The notes beneath the pieces were generated by a model. It had not been told where the DNA came from. It ran no database searches and was given only the letters and a program-made list of their open reading frames with translations. From assembly GCA_041664345.1 (NCBI GenBank), contig JBAYKX010000023.1:10558-74557 (forward strand): 64,000 nucleotides of DNA, read 5' to 3'. Below, piece by piece: positions 17,824 to 27,268 of this stretch. The first letter of the stretch is position 1. Every line of letters starts with the position of its first letter. The translations under genes and the position numbers were made by a program. The DNA is from Salinivirgaceae bacterium (lineage in GTDB: Bacteria > Bacteroidota > Bacteroidia > Bacteroidales > SZUA-534).

Positions 17824-20800
17824 TTATTCAATACTGATTTTCTTATAGTATATTTTTTCGGCGGTTGCTATCACCACAAAATAATTGCCCGTAGTAAGCC
17901 TCGAAAGGTTTATTCCTTTGGTTAAATTAACTGATTCATTGCTAAATACAATTTTACCGGTTGCATCCAACACTTTAACCTGTTGTACTTTGGTAACCGG
18001 GTTTAATGCTTTAATATGCAAGAACCCTCTGACAGGATTCGGATAAATGTTAAATGCCTCAGAAGCCTCAACCAGTAATTTAATGCCCAAATCGTTTTTA
18101 ACGAGAATAGCAAAAAAACATGTTATAGTCAATCCGCCCAAATCGCTAGCCTTAATAAGCAATTCATGCAATTGCTTATCGGTAGTAATGGTTTTGTTCA
18201 CTACCAAATTATGGCCGGTAATGGTATAGTTTTTTGTGTCATCCAAGTTAGTTTGAGTATCGGAGGTAAATTCGAAGGTGTGTGAATCGTTCATATCTTC
18301 GTCCTCTACATTCAAAACACCAACCACCGTACCCAGCATATCGGAAACAAAAACCGTATCGTTGCTTAATAAAATGTCGGTTGGGGCTTCGTTAACATTG
18401 TTAATGATTACTTCAAAACTTCTTTCCATGCTGGAATTACCCTCGTCTATAGCTTTTATTCGATAATATAGTTTTGATTTAAATTCATAGTTAAATTCAG
18501 CACCAGATAATAAATTATAACCATCAATTGAAAATGCATTGTTATCATCGGAGCCAATTCCATCAACTAATTCAAATGAATGATTGCCCTGAGAATCTTC
18601 ATCAAATACTTGTAAATTAGCAACTACTGTATTTAATGGCATGTTTTCGTAAATTGTATATCCAATATAACCTATTTCAGTAATCGGGTCATTCATATCG
18701 GTTACCGTTAATACAAACCCCTTTTCAAATGAATCTCCTTCCGAATCAATGGTTTTGACCCTAATTTTTAGTTCATTCTTAGCCTCAAAGTTTTGAGTAT
18801 AAGCTTTTAACTGATTACCTTCAATAGTAAAATAAGTGTTATCATCGGAACCTTCCCCGACTACAAGTTCATAAGTAAAGCTATCGTTGCTGTTTTTATC
18901 AATAGTTGATAACGTGCTTATTGCCGATAAATCAGGCAAGTTTTCAGCAAAACTGGCAAACGACAATTGAATATCGGTAGGTGGATAATTGATGGGAAGA
19001 TACAAGCTCTGTATGTCGTTGGTATAGGTAGCTGTCATAAAACCATAGTATCCGGTACCAAAATACACCGAATCGCCCAAAGCAAATGAAATGGGATTAT
19101 TTCGGTTGTTCCCCAAATTTAGTAAGTCGCCCAAGTTTTCAACTTGATTGGTGCTTGGTTTGTAGCTTACAATATCTTTCTTGTTACCATAACAGATATA
19201 CCCTTTATTCCCAATTCCAATAGCTGTGGCATCATTCACTGAGAGATGTAATCCATCGGCAAAAATTTTCTGTTGCCAGCTATTGGTTGCCGGGTTGTAT
19301 TCCTGTATATCGCTCGATTGCGATGTCCCATTGGAATAGTTGACCCCTCCCGAAACATAACCCTTGCCCTCAACCACAAAGGCACAGGCCGATGTTCTTT
19401 TTGCTCCCGTAAAGGTGGCAATTTCAGACCACGAGTCATGTACGGCATCGTATTTCCAAAAGTCCTTTGTTTCATCCATTGCATCGGCTCCGGTGCCTAC
19501 ATAAGCGGTATCGTTAATAACAAAGCTAACCGCATCGTAACGGGCGGTTCCTGCAAAATTGCCAAGGGTTGTCCATTGATTGGTGGCAGGGTTGTATTCA
19601 TAAAAATCGGGATAGTAAGTAAAGGGGTATTTACTGCCTCCCAAGCCAACGTAACCCTTTCCATTAACAGCAAATGCAACAGCTTCTGTTCTTGCTGCCC
19701 CAGGGAAAGGAGCTACCTTTGTCCATACATCGGTTCCGGCATTATATTTCCAAAAGTCGCTTAACACACTGTCGGCATTTTCGCCCAAACCCACATAAAC
19801 GGTATTATCAATGGTAAAACTTACCGCACTGGAACGGGGAATTCCCCGGAAGGGATTGATTCCCGTTTCATCCACATCAATCAGGTTGATGGTAATGGTG
19901 GCGGTATCGGAAAATTCGCCATCGAAAGCCACTACTTGAAGGTTAAAAGATGGGTTAACTTCGTAATCTAAAAAGAGGTTGTTATTTACCGATATTCCAC
20001 CGGTTGAAGCATTTATAGCAAAAGTATTGTACAAGTTACCGGAAATTATAGCATGCGCTAATACATCGCCATCTAAATCGGAAGCAACAACAGAACCAAT
20101 AATAGTTCCATTCTGCTGGTTTTCTAAAACAGAAAATTCAGTATCAAGAAACTCTATGGATTCGTTTATATTTAAAATATTAATGGTAATTGCTGCGGTG
20201 TCGCTTAATTCTCCATCAGACACTAGCGTTAGAAGTTCAAAAGTTTTGTTTTCTTCAAAGTTTATAGCCGTGGAATCTATTACATAAACAACCCCTGTAG
20301 AGTCAATCACCCCAAAAACCTTATCGAGGCTTGCATGAATAATAGAATAGGTCAATTTTGAATTGAAATCTTCATCGGCAGCAACCAACGTGTCTAAAAT
20401 TGTACTATTATTTGGGTTTTCAGGAATGTTTAAAACTAAATCGGATAGGTGGGGTTTTTCATTTAGATCAATTAAATCTATATCAACTTTAACCGAATCA
20501 ATTAATTGACCATCAGAAACTAAAATTTTTAGATTAAATGATTTGTTTAGTTCATAGCTTAAATATTGTGTGTTTTTAATTTGAATGGCTCCTGTTGTGG
20601 AATTAAGGTCAAACACATTACTTATATTGCCCGAAACAATGGTGTAATTTAATGCATCATTATCTTCATCAAAAGCTTCTAGTTGATAAATAATTGAATC
20701 ATTGGGTAAATTTTCCTCTATTTCTAACTGTTTATAAGGGTTACATATAAGTTCATTAACATTATCAATTTGAATATTAACGAAAGAAGTATCAACAAAT

Positions 20801-22194
20801 TCCCCATCAGAAACTTGTACATATAAACTGAAATTTTGATTCTCTTCATAGTTGATTAAAGAAGAATCCATAACATAAATAACACCGGTCGAGTCAACTA
20901 CTCCAAATGCACCAGATGGATTTGCCTGAACAATAGAAAAAACATGGGTATCATTATAATCTTCGTCAGAAATTAAAATGGTATCAACAATTGAATTGTT
21001 TAAAGGATTTTCATCTATCAACTCTTGCAAATTATTGGTCAAAACTCTTTCATTAACATCATTAATTTTAATGTTGTAGCCTATGAGTTTGCTTGATGAT
21101 CCATCATATATTTTAATTATTGCGTACAATGAATCGTTTCGTTCAAAGTTAAAGTAACTTGAATCAATAATCGAAATCTGCCCTGTTTCACTATCTAATT
21201 TAATTGCATTATCATCATTCCCATCAAAGACCGAAAACTCTAGAATTCCATTACCATAATAATAAGCATCAACAGTATCAAGTATCTGATTATTATTTTG
21301 ATTTTCATTTATTTGGATTTCTTGATTATAAGTATAAAGTTCAGGCCCTTGATATTCATAAGCACCTATATCAATTCTTCCATATTGAATTCTTTCATTA
21401 CCTTCAAAATCATAATTAGTTATTAAAGAATCATTTGTAAAATTTGGGTCGCCCATATTTATGCAGGGTGATGTATTTTGTAACGCATAAGGATTTGCAC
21501 CGGAACCCACAAATAAAGGATCAACATCTATATTGCCATCAGCTTGTAATTGAGCCCCCACAATATCACAATTGGTTATTTTAGGAGTTGAGTTGTATGG
21601 ATCTAAATTTGCCTGCCCATTGCCTGAAACAATGCAGTTTGATATTTCAGATAAGGAGTAATTTATTTGAATTCCAGAAACTTGATTATCCGATATGGTA
21701 TTGTTTGTTATTTTAGGTGAAGAAAAATCACAACTAATACCAATCCAATAATTTTTTACAATTAGGTTCCCTTCGATTCGTGGAGATGCTTGATAACAAT
21801 AAATTGCTTCATTATTGTTACGTGTAATTAAATTATTAGCTACAATAAGTTTATTCATATTATAAACACACAGTGCACTACCATAGCCATCAAGCCAATA
21901 ACTGCCAAAGGCATTCCCAAACTGCATAATACAGAATTCAATTTTTGAAGTATCGTTTGAGCTGGGTGTTTCTAAAAACCGAATACCACCCCAACCACCA
22001 CTGATATAAGTCAATACCGAGTCTTTGGCTGTAAAAATTATCCTATTTTGTGCCGTTCCTTGGGCTAAAATCCTTCCTTGCACATTGAGTTTGTAATGCC
22101 CCTGAAACTCTACATAAACCCCCGGGTTTATGGTTAAGGTGCGGGCATTGTTAATGGTTAAGTTGTTATAACTTTTATGGTGTCGGCACTCCAT
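17824..22194 (-). CDS. C-terminal fragment of giant T9SS-secreted adhesin (beta-helix module 4, cadherin-like repeats, Kelch-like beta-propeller, more cadherin-like repeats, T9SS C-terminal domain)
   Basis: Its first residues (NNLTINNARTLTINPGVYVEFQGHYKLNVQGRIL) continue the repeat that the upstream ORF breaks off in. Cadherin-type domain ends are present (INDVNE, IDNVNE, LIDLNEKP, VTDMNDP). Kelch-like repeats (FWKYN..WT, FYEYNPATNQW). C-terminal IYPNPVRGFLHI... sorting domain. Confidence 0.8.
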   Translation of the reverse strand: MECRHHKSYNNLTINNARTLTINPGVYVEFQGHYKLNVQGRILAQGTAQNRIIFTAKDSVLTYISGGWGGIRFLETPSSNDTSKIEFCIMQFGNAFGSYWLDGYGSALCVYNMNKLIVANNLITRNNNEAIYCYQASPRIEGNLIVKNYWIGISCDFSSPKITNNTISDNQVSGIQINYSLSEISNCIVSGNGQANLDPYNSTPKITNCDIVGAQLQADGNIDVDPLFVGSGANPYALQNTSPCINMGDPNFTNDSLITNYDFEGNERIQYGRIDIGAYEYQGPELYTYNQEIQINENQNNNQILDTVDAYYYGNGILEFSVFDGNDDNAIKLDSETGQISIIDSSYFNFERNDSLYAIIKIYDGSSSKLIGYNIKINDVNERVLTNNLQELIDENPLNNSIVDTILISDEDYNDTHVFSIVQANPSGAFGVVDSTGVIYVMDSSLINYEENQNFSLYVQVSDGEFVDTSFVNIQIDNVNELICNPYKQLEIEENLPNDSIIYQLEAFDEDNDALNYTIVSGNISNVFDLNSTTGAIQIKNTQYLSYELNKSFNLKILVSDGQLIDSVKVDIDLIDLNEKPHLSDLVLNIPENPNNSTILDTLVAADEDFNSKLTYSIIHASLDKVFGVIDSTGVVYVIDSTAINFEENKTFELLTLVSDGELSDTAAITINILNINESIEFLDTEFSVLENQQNGTIIGSVVASDLDGDVLAHAIISGNLYNTFAINASTGGISVNNNLFLDYEVNPSFNLQVVAFDGEFSDTATITINLIDVDETGINPFRGIPRSSAVSFTIDNTVYVGLGENADSVLSDFWKYNAGTDVWTKVAPFPGAARTEAVAFAVNGKGYVGLGGSKYPFTYYPDFYEYNPATNQWTTLGNFAGTARYDAVSFVINDTAYVGTGADAMDETKDFWKYDAVHDSWSEIATFTGAKRTSACAFVVEGKGYVSGGVNYSNGTSQSSDIQEYNPATNSWQQKIFADGLHLSVNDATAIGIGNKGYICYGNKKDIVSYKPSTNQVENLGDLLNLGNNRNNPISFALGDSVYFGTGYYGFMTATYTNDIQSLYLPINYPPTDIQLSFASFAENLPDLSAISTLSTIDKNSNDSFTYELVVGEGSDDNTYFTIEGNQLKAYTQNFEAKNELKIRVKTIDSEGDSFEKGFVLTVTDMNDPITEIGYIGYTIYENMPLNTVVANLQVFDEDSQGNHSFELVDGIGSDDNNAFSIDGYNLLSGAEFNYEFKSKLYYRIKAIDEGNSSMERSFEVIINNVNEAPTDILLSNDTVFVSDMLGTVVGVLNVEDEDMNDSHTFEFTSDTQTNLDDTKNYTITGHNLVVNKTITTDKQLHELLIKASDLGGLTITCFFAILVKNDLGIKLLVEASEAFNIYPNPVRGFLHIKALNPVTKVQQVKVLDATGKIVFSNESVNLTKGINLSRLTTGNYFVVIATAEKIYYKKISIE

Positions 22195-25100
22195 ACTACA
22201 TCTTCATTGGGGAGTTCAAAATATTCATTTGAATTGAGTACATAAATTTCGGTAATGAGTGTATCGGATAAAACGCCATTGCTCACTTTTATCTTCAAAT
22301 GGTAGTTAGTTTCTGCCTGGGCCTCTGTTGGAACCCATTTTATTGTATCGTTTTCAATTGACAAACCACTCGGGGCCTCAATTATGGTGTAAGTTACTCC
22401 TGAAGGAAAACTTATCGGTTTTATTGCTTCTGCATAAACGGAATCAAAACGGATGTGCTTTTTTCTGATTGTACGGAAAACTAAAAACGAATCAGGGTCG
22501 CTTTGCAGTTCGTATGCACCCATATCAATTGTAGGGTTTGTTCCCCCTTCGTAAATCCTTGGGTTACCGGCTATGTCCATGTTTATTTCCAAACTATCCG
22601 TATCCCAATCGGGTCGCCCGGAATTTAAACAAGGTGATGTTTTTTGTAACGCATAAGGATTTGAACCGGATACCACAAATAAAGGATCCACATCTATATT
22701 GCCATCAGCTTGTAAATTAGCTCCCACAATATCGCAATTGGTTATTATAGGAGTTGAGTTGTATTGTTCTAAATTTGCCTGCCAATTTCCTGAAACAATG
22801 CAGTTTGTAAGTTGCGGAGACGAGCTTTGTAAAGATATTCCACAATAACCTTGATTATCCGATATGGTATTGTTTGTTATTTTAGGTGAAGAATTATAGC
22901 AATTAATACCATTCCCATAATTTTTTACCATCAAGTTCCCTTCAATTAATGGTGATGCATTATTACAATAGATTGCAGAATTCCAACTAGATGATCTGTT
23001 TTTTGCAATTAAATTATTGGTAATTTTAATTTTGTCAAAACCATAAATACATAATGCGCCTCCATGACCATCAAGCCCATCACTGCCAAAGGCATTCCCA
23101 AACTGTATGATACAGAATTCAATTTTTGATGTATCGTTTGAGCTGGGTGTTTCTAAAAACCGAATACCACCCCAACCTCCACTAGTATCAGTTAATACCG
23201 AGTCTTTGTCTGTAAATGTTATCCTGTTTTGTACCGTTCCCCGTGCTAAAATTCTTCCTTGTACATTTAATTTATAATGCCCCTGGAATTCCACATAAAC
23301 GCCTGGGTTTATGGTTAAGGTACGGGCATTGTTAATGGTTAAGTTATTAATAACTTTTATGGTGTCGGCACTCCATACAACATCTTCATTGGGGAGTACA
23401 AAATATTCATTTGAATTGAGTACATAAATTTCGGTATTGAGTGTATCGGATAAAACGCCATTGCTCACTTTTATCTTCAAATTATAGTTTGTTTCTGCCT
23501 GGGCCAATGTTGGAACCCATTTTATGGTATCGTTTTCAATTGCCAAACCACTTGGGGCTTCAATTATGATGTAAGTTACCCCTGAAGGAAAACTTATCGG
23601 TTTTATTGCTTCTGCATAAACGGAACCAAAACGGATGTGCTTTTTCCCGATTGTACGGAAAACTAAAAACGGATCAGGGTCGCTTTGCAGTTCGTAGGCA
23701 CCCATATCAATGGTAGGGTTTGAACCAAAAGTATAAATCCTTGGGTTACCGGCTATGTCCATGTTTATTCCCAAACTATCCGTATCCCAATCGGGGCGTC
23801 CGGTATTTAAACAGGGTGATGTATTTTGTAACGCATAAGGATTTGCACCGGAACCCACAAATAAAGGATTTATATCCATATTGCCATCAGCTTGTAAATG
23901 AGCCCCCACAATATCGCAATTGGTTATTTTAGGAGTTGAATAGTATTGAGCTAAATTTCCATCCCCATTGCCTGAAACAATGCAGTTAGTAAGTTGCGGA
24001 GAGGAACTAACTAAATATATCCCATAATCTTGATTATCCGATATGGTGTTGTTTGTTATTTTAGGTGAAGAATTATCACAATAAATACTATAATAATAAT
24101 TTTTTACAATTAGGTTCCCTTCGATTCGTGGAGATGCATGATAACAAAAAATTGTGTAGTATCTGTTACGTATAAATAAACTATTAGCTACAATAAGTTT
24201 ATTCATATTAGAAACACACAATGAACTTCCAAATTGATCGAGCCAATCGTCACTGCCAAATGCATTCCCAAACTGCATAATACAGAATTCAATTTTTGAA
24301 GTATCGTTGGCACTTGGTGTAGAATAAAACCTAATTCCACCCCAACCACCACTGGTACCAGTTAATATTGAGTCTTTGGCTGTAAAAGTAATTCTGTTTT
24401 GTGCCGTTCCCCGGGCTAAAATCCTTCCTTGTACATTGAGCTTGTAATGCCCCTGAAACTCCACATAAACCCCCGGGTTTATGGTTAAAGTGCGGGCATT
24501 ATTAATGGTTAAGTTATTAATAACTTTTATAGTGTCGGCACTCCATACAACATCTTCATCGGGGAGTTCAAAATATTCATTTGAATTGAGTACATAAATT
24601 TCGGTATGGAGCGTGTCGAATAAAACGCCATTGCTCACTTTTATCTTCAAATTGTAGTTTGTTTCTGCCTGGGCCAATGTTGGAACCCATTTTATGGTAT
24701 CATTTTCAATTACCAAACCACTTGGAGCCTCAATTATGGTGTAAGTTATCCCTGAAGGAAAGCTTATCGGTTTTATTGCTTCTGCATAAACGGAACCAAA
24801 ACGGATGTGCTTTTTTCCGATTGTACGGAAAACTAAAAACGGATCGGGATTGCTTTGCCGTTCGTATGCGCCCATATCAATTGTAGGGTTTGTTCCCCCT
24901 GTGTAAATCCTTGGGTTACCGGCTATGTCCATGTTTATTCCCAAGCTATCAATATCCCAATCGGGTCGCCCGGTATTTAAACAGGGTGATGTATTTTGTA
25001 ACGCATAAAGATTTGAACCGGAACCCACAAATAAAGGATCTGCATCTATATTGCCATCAGCTTGTAAATTAGCTCCCACAATATCGCAATGGGTTATTTT

Positions 25101-25690
25101 AGGAGTTGAATTGTCTTGGTATAAATTTCCATACCCATTGCCTGAAACAATGCAGTCTGTTATTTCAGGAAAGGAACTATCAAAAATATTAATACCATAA
25201 CCTCCATTATCCGATATGGTATTGTTTATTATTTTAGGTGAAGAATTATTGCAACTAACACCAGTCCAATAATTTTTTACAATTAAGTTTCCTTCAAATA
25301 GAGGTGATGCATTATAACAATAGATCGCTTCATTATTGTTATGTGTAATTAAATTATTAGCTACAATAAGTTTATTCATATTATAAACAAACAATGCACT
25401 ACCAACTCCATCAAGCCAATCGCTGCCATAGCCATTTCCATATTGTATAATACAGAATTCAATTTTTGAAGTGTCGTTTGTATTTGGTGTATCAATAAAC
25501 CGTATGCCATGCCAACCACCACTGGTATCCGTTAAAACAGTATCCTTTGCCGTAAAAGTTATCCTATTTTGAGCCGTTCCCCGGGCTAAAATCCTTCCTT
25601 GTACATTTAGTTTGTAATGCCCTTGAAATTCCACATAAACACCCGGGTTTATGGTTAAAGTAATGCCATTATCCACAGTAATTTCTCCGG
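21340..25690 (-). repeat. Tandem ~1.17-kb intragenic repeats (about 3.6 copies)
   Basis: The anchor string atggttaa recurs at 25651, 24481, 23311 and 22130, giving spacings of 1170, 1170 and 1181 nt. Long stretches are identical between copies by eye. Confidence 0.9.
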
Positions 25691-25850
25691 TTACTTTTAC
25701 GGTGTCGGCACTCCAGGTTTCGTTGGTGGTAATGTTTCCGCTTTTTTCAATTACAGTTTGGGCTTGTAGGGTTGTGCCCAATAAAAAAATAAATGGGAGT
25801 AGTAGATTCTTCATTTGTGCTATTTTGTTTAAAAAACCTTGGATGCTCAA
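22158..25850 (-). CDS. N-terminal fragment of the same giant adhesin (signal peptide + three tandem beta-helix/Ig-like modules)
   Basis: The likely real start is the ATG at 25814 (MKNLLLPFIFLLGTTLQAQ); the track start at 25850 is a TTG. Contains three ~390-aa near-identical modules. The ORF ends in ...VVWSADTIKVITT*, where intact modules read ...VVWSADTIKVINNLTINN. Confidence 0.8.
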   Translation of the reverse strand: MSIQGFLNKIAQMKNLLLPFIFLLGTTLQAQTVIEKSGNITTNETWSADTVKVTGEITVDNGITLTINPGVYVEFQGHYKLNVQGRILARGTAQNRITFTAKDTVLTDTSGGWHGIRFIDTPNTNDTSKIEFCIIQYGNGYGSDWLDGVGSALFVYNMNKLIVANNLITHNNNEAIYCYNASPLFEGNLIVKNYWTGVSCNNSSPKIINNTISDNGGYGINIFDSSFPEITDCIVSGNGYGNLYQDNSTPKITHCDIVGANLQADGNIDADPLFVGSGSNLYALQNTSPCLNTGRPDWDIDSLGINMDIAGNPRIYTGGTNPTIDMGAYERQSNPDPFLVFRTIGKKHIRFGSVYAEAIKPISFPSGITYTIIEAPSGLVIENDTIKWVPTLAQAETNYNLKIKVSNGVLFDTLHTEIYVLNSNEYFELPDEDVVWSADTIKVINNLTINNARTLTINPGVYVEFQGHYKLNVQGRILARGTAQNRITFTAKDSILTGTSGGWGGIRFYSTPSANDTSKIEFCIMQFGNAFGSDDWLDQFGSSLCVSNMNKLIVANSLFIRNRYYTIFCYHASPRIEGNLIVKNYYYSIYCDNSSPKITNNTISDNQDYGIYLVSSSPQLTNCIVSGNGDGNLAQYYSTPKITNCDIVGAHLQADGNMDINPLFVGSGANPYALQNTSPCLNTGRPDWDTDSLGINMDIAGNPRIYTFGSNPTIDMGAYELQSDPDPFLVFRTIGKKHIRFGSVYAEAIKPISFPSGVTYIIIEAPSGLAIENDTIKWVPTLAQAETNYNLKIKVSNGVLSDTLNTEIYVLNSNEYFVLPNEDVVWSADTIKVINNLTINNARTLTINPGVYVEFQGHYKLNVQGRILARGTVQNRITFTDKDSVLTDTSGGWGGIRFLETPSSNDTSKIEFCIIQFGNAFGSDGLDGHGGALCIYGFDKIKITNNLIAKNRSSSWNSAIYCNNASPLIEGNLMVKNYGNGINCYNSSPKITNNTISDNQGYCGISLQSSSPQLTNCIVSGNWQANLEQYNSTPIITNCDIVGANLQADGNIDVDPLFVVSGSNPYALQKTSPCLNSGRPDWDTDSLEINMDIAGNPRIYEGGTNPTIDMGAYELQSDPDSFLVFRTIRKKHIRFDSVYAEAIKPISFPSGVTYTIIEAPSGLSIENDTIKWVPTEAQAETNYHLKIKVSNGVLSDTLITEIYVLNSNEYFELPNEDVVWSADTIKVITT

Positions 25851-25957
25851 TTTAGTGTATATTAACTTGGTGTTCTGAGGTTGTTTTACAAGTGGTTATA
25901 CTTGCGAAAATAACCATAATAATGTGATATGCAAAAAGTATGTGGAACATTTAGTGT

Positions 25958-26268
25958 AAAGTTGGGGATTTGGAAAGTTGGGAAGTTGGGGAAAGGGTAG
26001 CAAGGTAACAAGGTTGCAGGGTTACAAGATGGAAAATTGGGGACGTTGGAACTTGCAGCACCCGCTGCGAGACATGCCGCAGAGAGAGATTGGAAAATTG
26101 GGAAAATGGGAAGTTTCCAAGCCCAAAGGACGTTGGAAAGTCGGTAGTTATTCCTTTTTAACTTTCCATAGCCACATTGACGTTTCCATGTCCTCCGGAC
26201 GATGGAAAGTCAGTGCTGATGTGGAAAAGTCGTTGAAATTTGAAATTCTGGAAAGATGGGAAATTGGA
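25958..26268 (+). repeat. Family C intergenic element (heptamer/octamer-type units + hairpin core + extra hairpins)
   Basis: Reads aagttgg gaagttgg..., then tagcaagg taacaagg ttgcaggg ttacaaga, then the core ggaacttgcagcacccgctgcgagacatgccgcagagagagattggaaaattgg at 26048-26101. Next come the hairpins tggaaagt...actttcca and tttccat...atggaaa. Confidence 0.65.
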
Positions 26269-26270
26269 AA

Positions 26271-26316
26271 GGTTGAAAAATGGAATTATTTCTTTCCATT
26301 TTTCAACCTTTTTTAT
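26271..26316. terminator. Strong hairpin, probable (bidirectional) terminator
   Basis: Perfect 13-bp stem ggttgaaaaatgg (26271-26283) / ccatttttcaacc (26296-26308), followed by ttttttatt. It lies directly 3' of the minus-strand gene ending at 26320. Confidence 0.65.
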
Positions 26317-26319
26317 TGG

Positions 26320-27123
26320 TTAGAACACCCAACCAATGCGTAGTCCAGCAGTACCAGCAATGGGTACTTCTTCACCTCCAGTTGCGAAGCCGTAGGCTAT
26401 TCCTTCACCATTGCCACCAGCTTTGCTATAGCCATAGCCAAATCCAACATATAAATCCACTAAAAATGAATCATCGATTACCCATTGTTTACCAAACTTT
26501 AGCATTAATGCAATGGCAAAATCATCCTCACGCTTGGTTGATGAATTGTAAGGGTAATAATAATCATAATCATAAGTATCAAAATACATGTAGCGTAATG
26601 CAAATTCAGGAGCAATGTAAGCCCCTTTAAGAATGTGTGAATAACGCATTTTATTCATATAAAGGTCGGGTGTTCTTATAAATTTATAGGCAAATTTGGT
26701 ATATACTCCCGCTGGATTATTTTCCTGAGGATCGAATCCCAAACCTACTATACCAAGCGCAGCTTCAAAGGATTTCCCGGGTTTTATATTTTGTTCGTAG
26801 GCAAATTCGGTGCTACCGTATAAAGGCGACAGAAAATTAATTTTAAGGGCTCGCCGGCTTTGATTGGTATAATAATCCGGATTATCAAAACTGTTGTTTT
26901 CCATTTTAACAACTTCACCAGTTGAAAATTCAACTCTATCAACCAAGGATTTTTCTATTCCAAAAATAATTTTAGGATTGCTTTGGTAAAAATACTTTAT
27001 TTTATCACTGCCCAATTCCGATACAGTGCAAGTAATAACATCGCCATTTGTTTTAATAATTTTATCTTGAGCAACCGATGTTAGGGTTATAAAGACCAAT
27101 AGAAAGCTAATAATATTTTTCAT
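26320..27123 (-). CDS. Hypothetical outer-membrane beta-barrel protein
   Basis: Signal peptide (MKNIISFLLVFITLTSVAQ). Alternating aromatic/glycine-rich strands and a terminal ...GLRIGWVF, as is typical of OM beta-barrels. No specific family recognised. Confidence 0.55.
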   Translation of the reverse strand: MKNIISFLLVFITLTSVAQDKIIKTNGDVITCTVSELGSDKIKYFYQSNPKIIFGIEKSLVDRVEFSTGEVVKMENNSFDNPDYYTNQSRRALKINFLSPLYGSTEFAYEQNIKPGKSFEAALGIVGLGFDPQENNPAGVYTKFAYKFIRTPDLYMNKMRYSHILKGAYIAPEFALRYMYFDTYDYDYYYPYNSSTKREDDFAIALMLKFGKQWVIDDSFLVDLYVGFGYGYSKAGGNGEGIAYGFATGGEEVPIAGTAGLRIGWVF

Positions 27124-27177
27124 TTTTAGTTAATTAAGGTTAGTACTTTTTCAAAGATGTACGTTATTTAAAAAGGT

Positions 27178-27201
27178 TGCTAAAAATAGACAATTTTAGC
27201 A
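27178..27201. promoter_or_regulatory. Candidate operator palindrome upstream of znuA
   Basis: tgctaaaa-N8-ttttagca inverted repeat, about 70 nt upstream of the znuA ORF start. The function is inferred only from its position in front of a metal-uptake operon. Confidence 0.3.
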
Positions 27202-27268
27202 TACAACTGAAATTATGTTAGTTTTTCGTTAAATCAATCGAACTTACTAAAACAAATTATCTCTCTAC

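Noticed and set aside
19273-19764. 163-aa plus-strand ORF inside the adhesin gene, plus the many 60-100-aa ORFs antisense to other large genes
   Set aside because: These are shadow ORFs opposite long, repeat-rich or clearly homologous coding regions.
22160-22180. Programmed -1 ribosomal frameshift at A AAA G in the adhesin
   Set aside because: The same A AAA G motif occurs at the intact module boundaries. No downstream pseudoknot or hairpin is evident. A simple 1-nt deletion relative to sister repeats explains the break, so the idea is kept only as a remark within the frameshift finding.
25978-26630. ORFs of 121 aa and 116 aa on the plus strand (25978-26343, 26280-26630)
   Set aside because: The first is read through the family C repeat. 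The second is antisense to the well-supported OMP gene. Both have low-complexity, repeat-driven composition.
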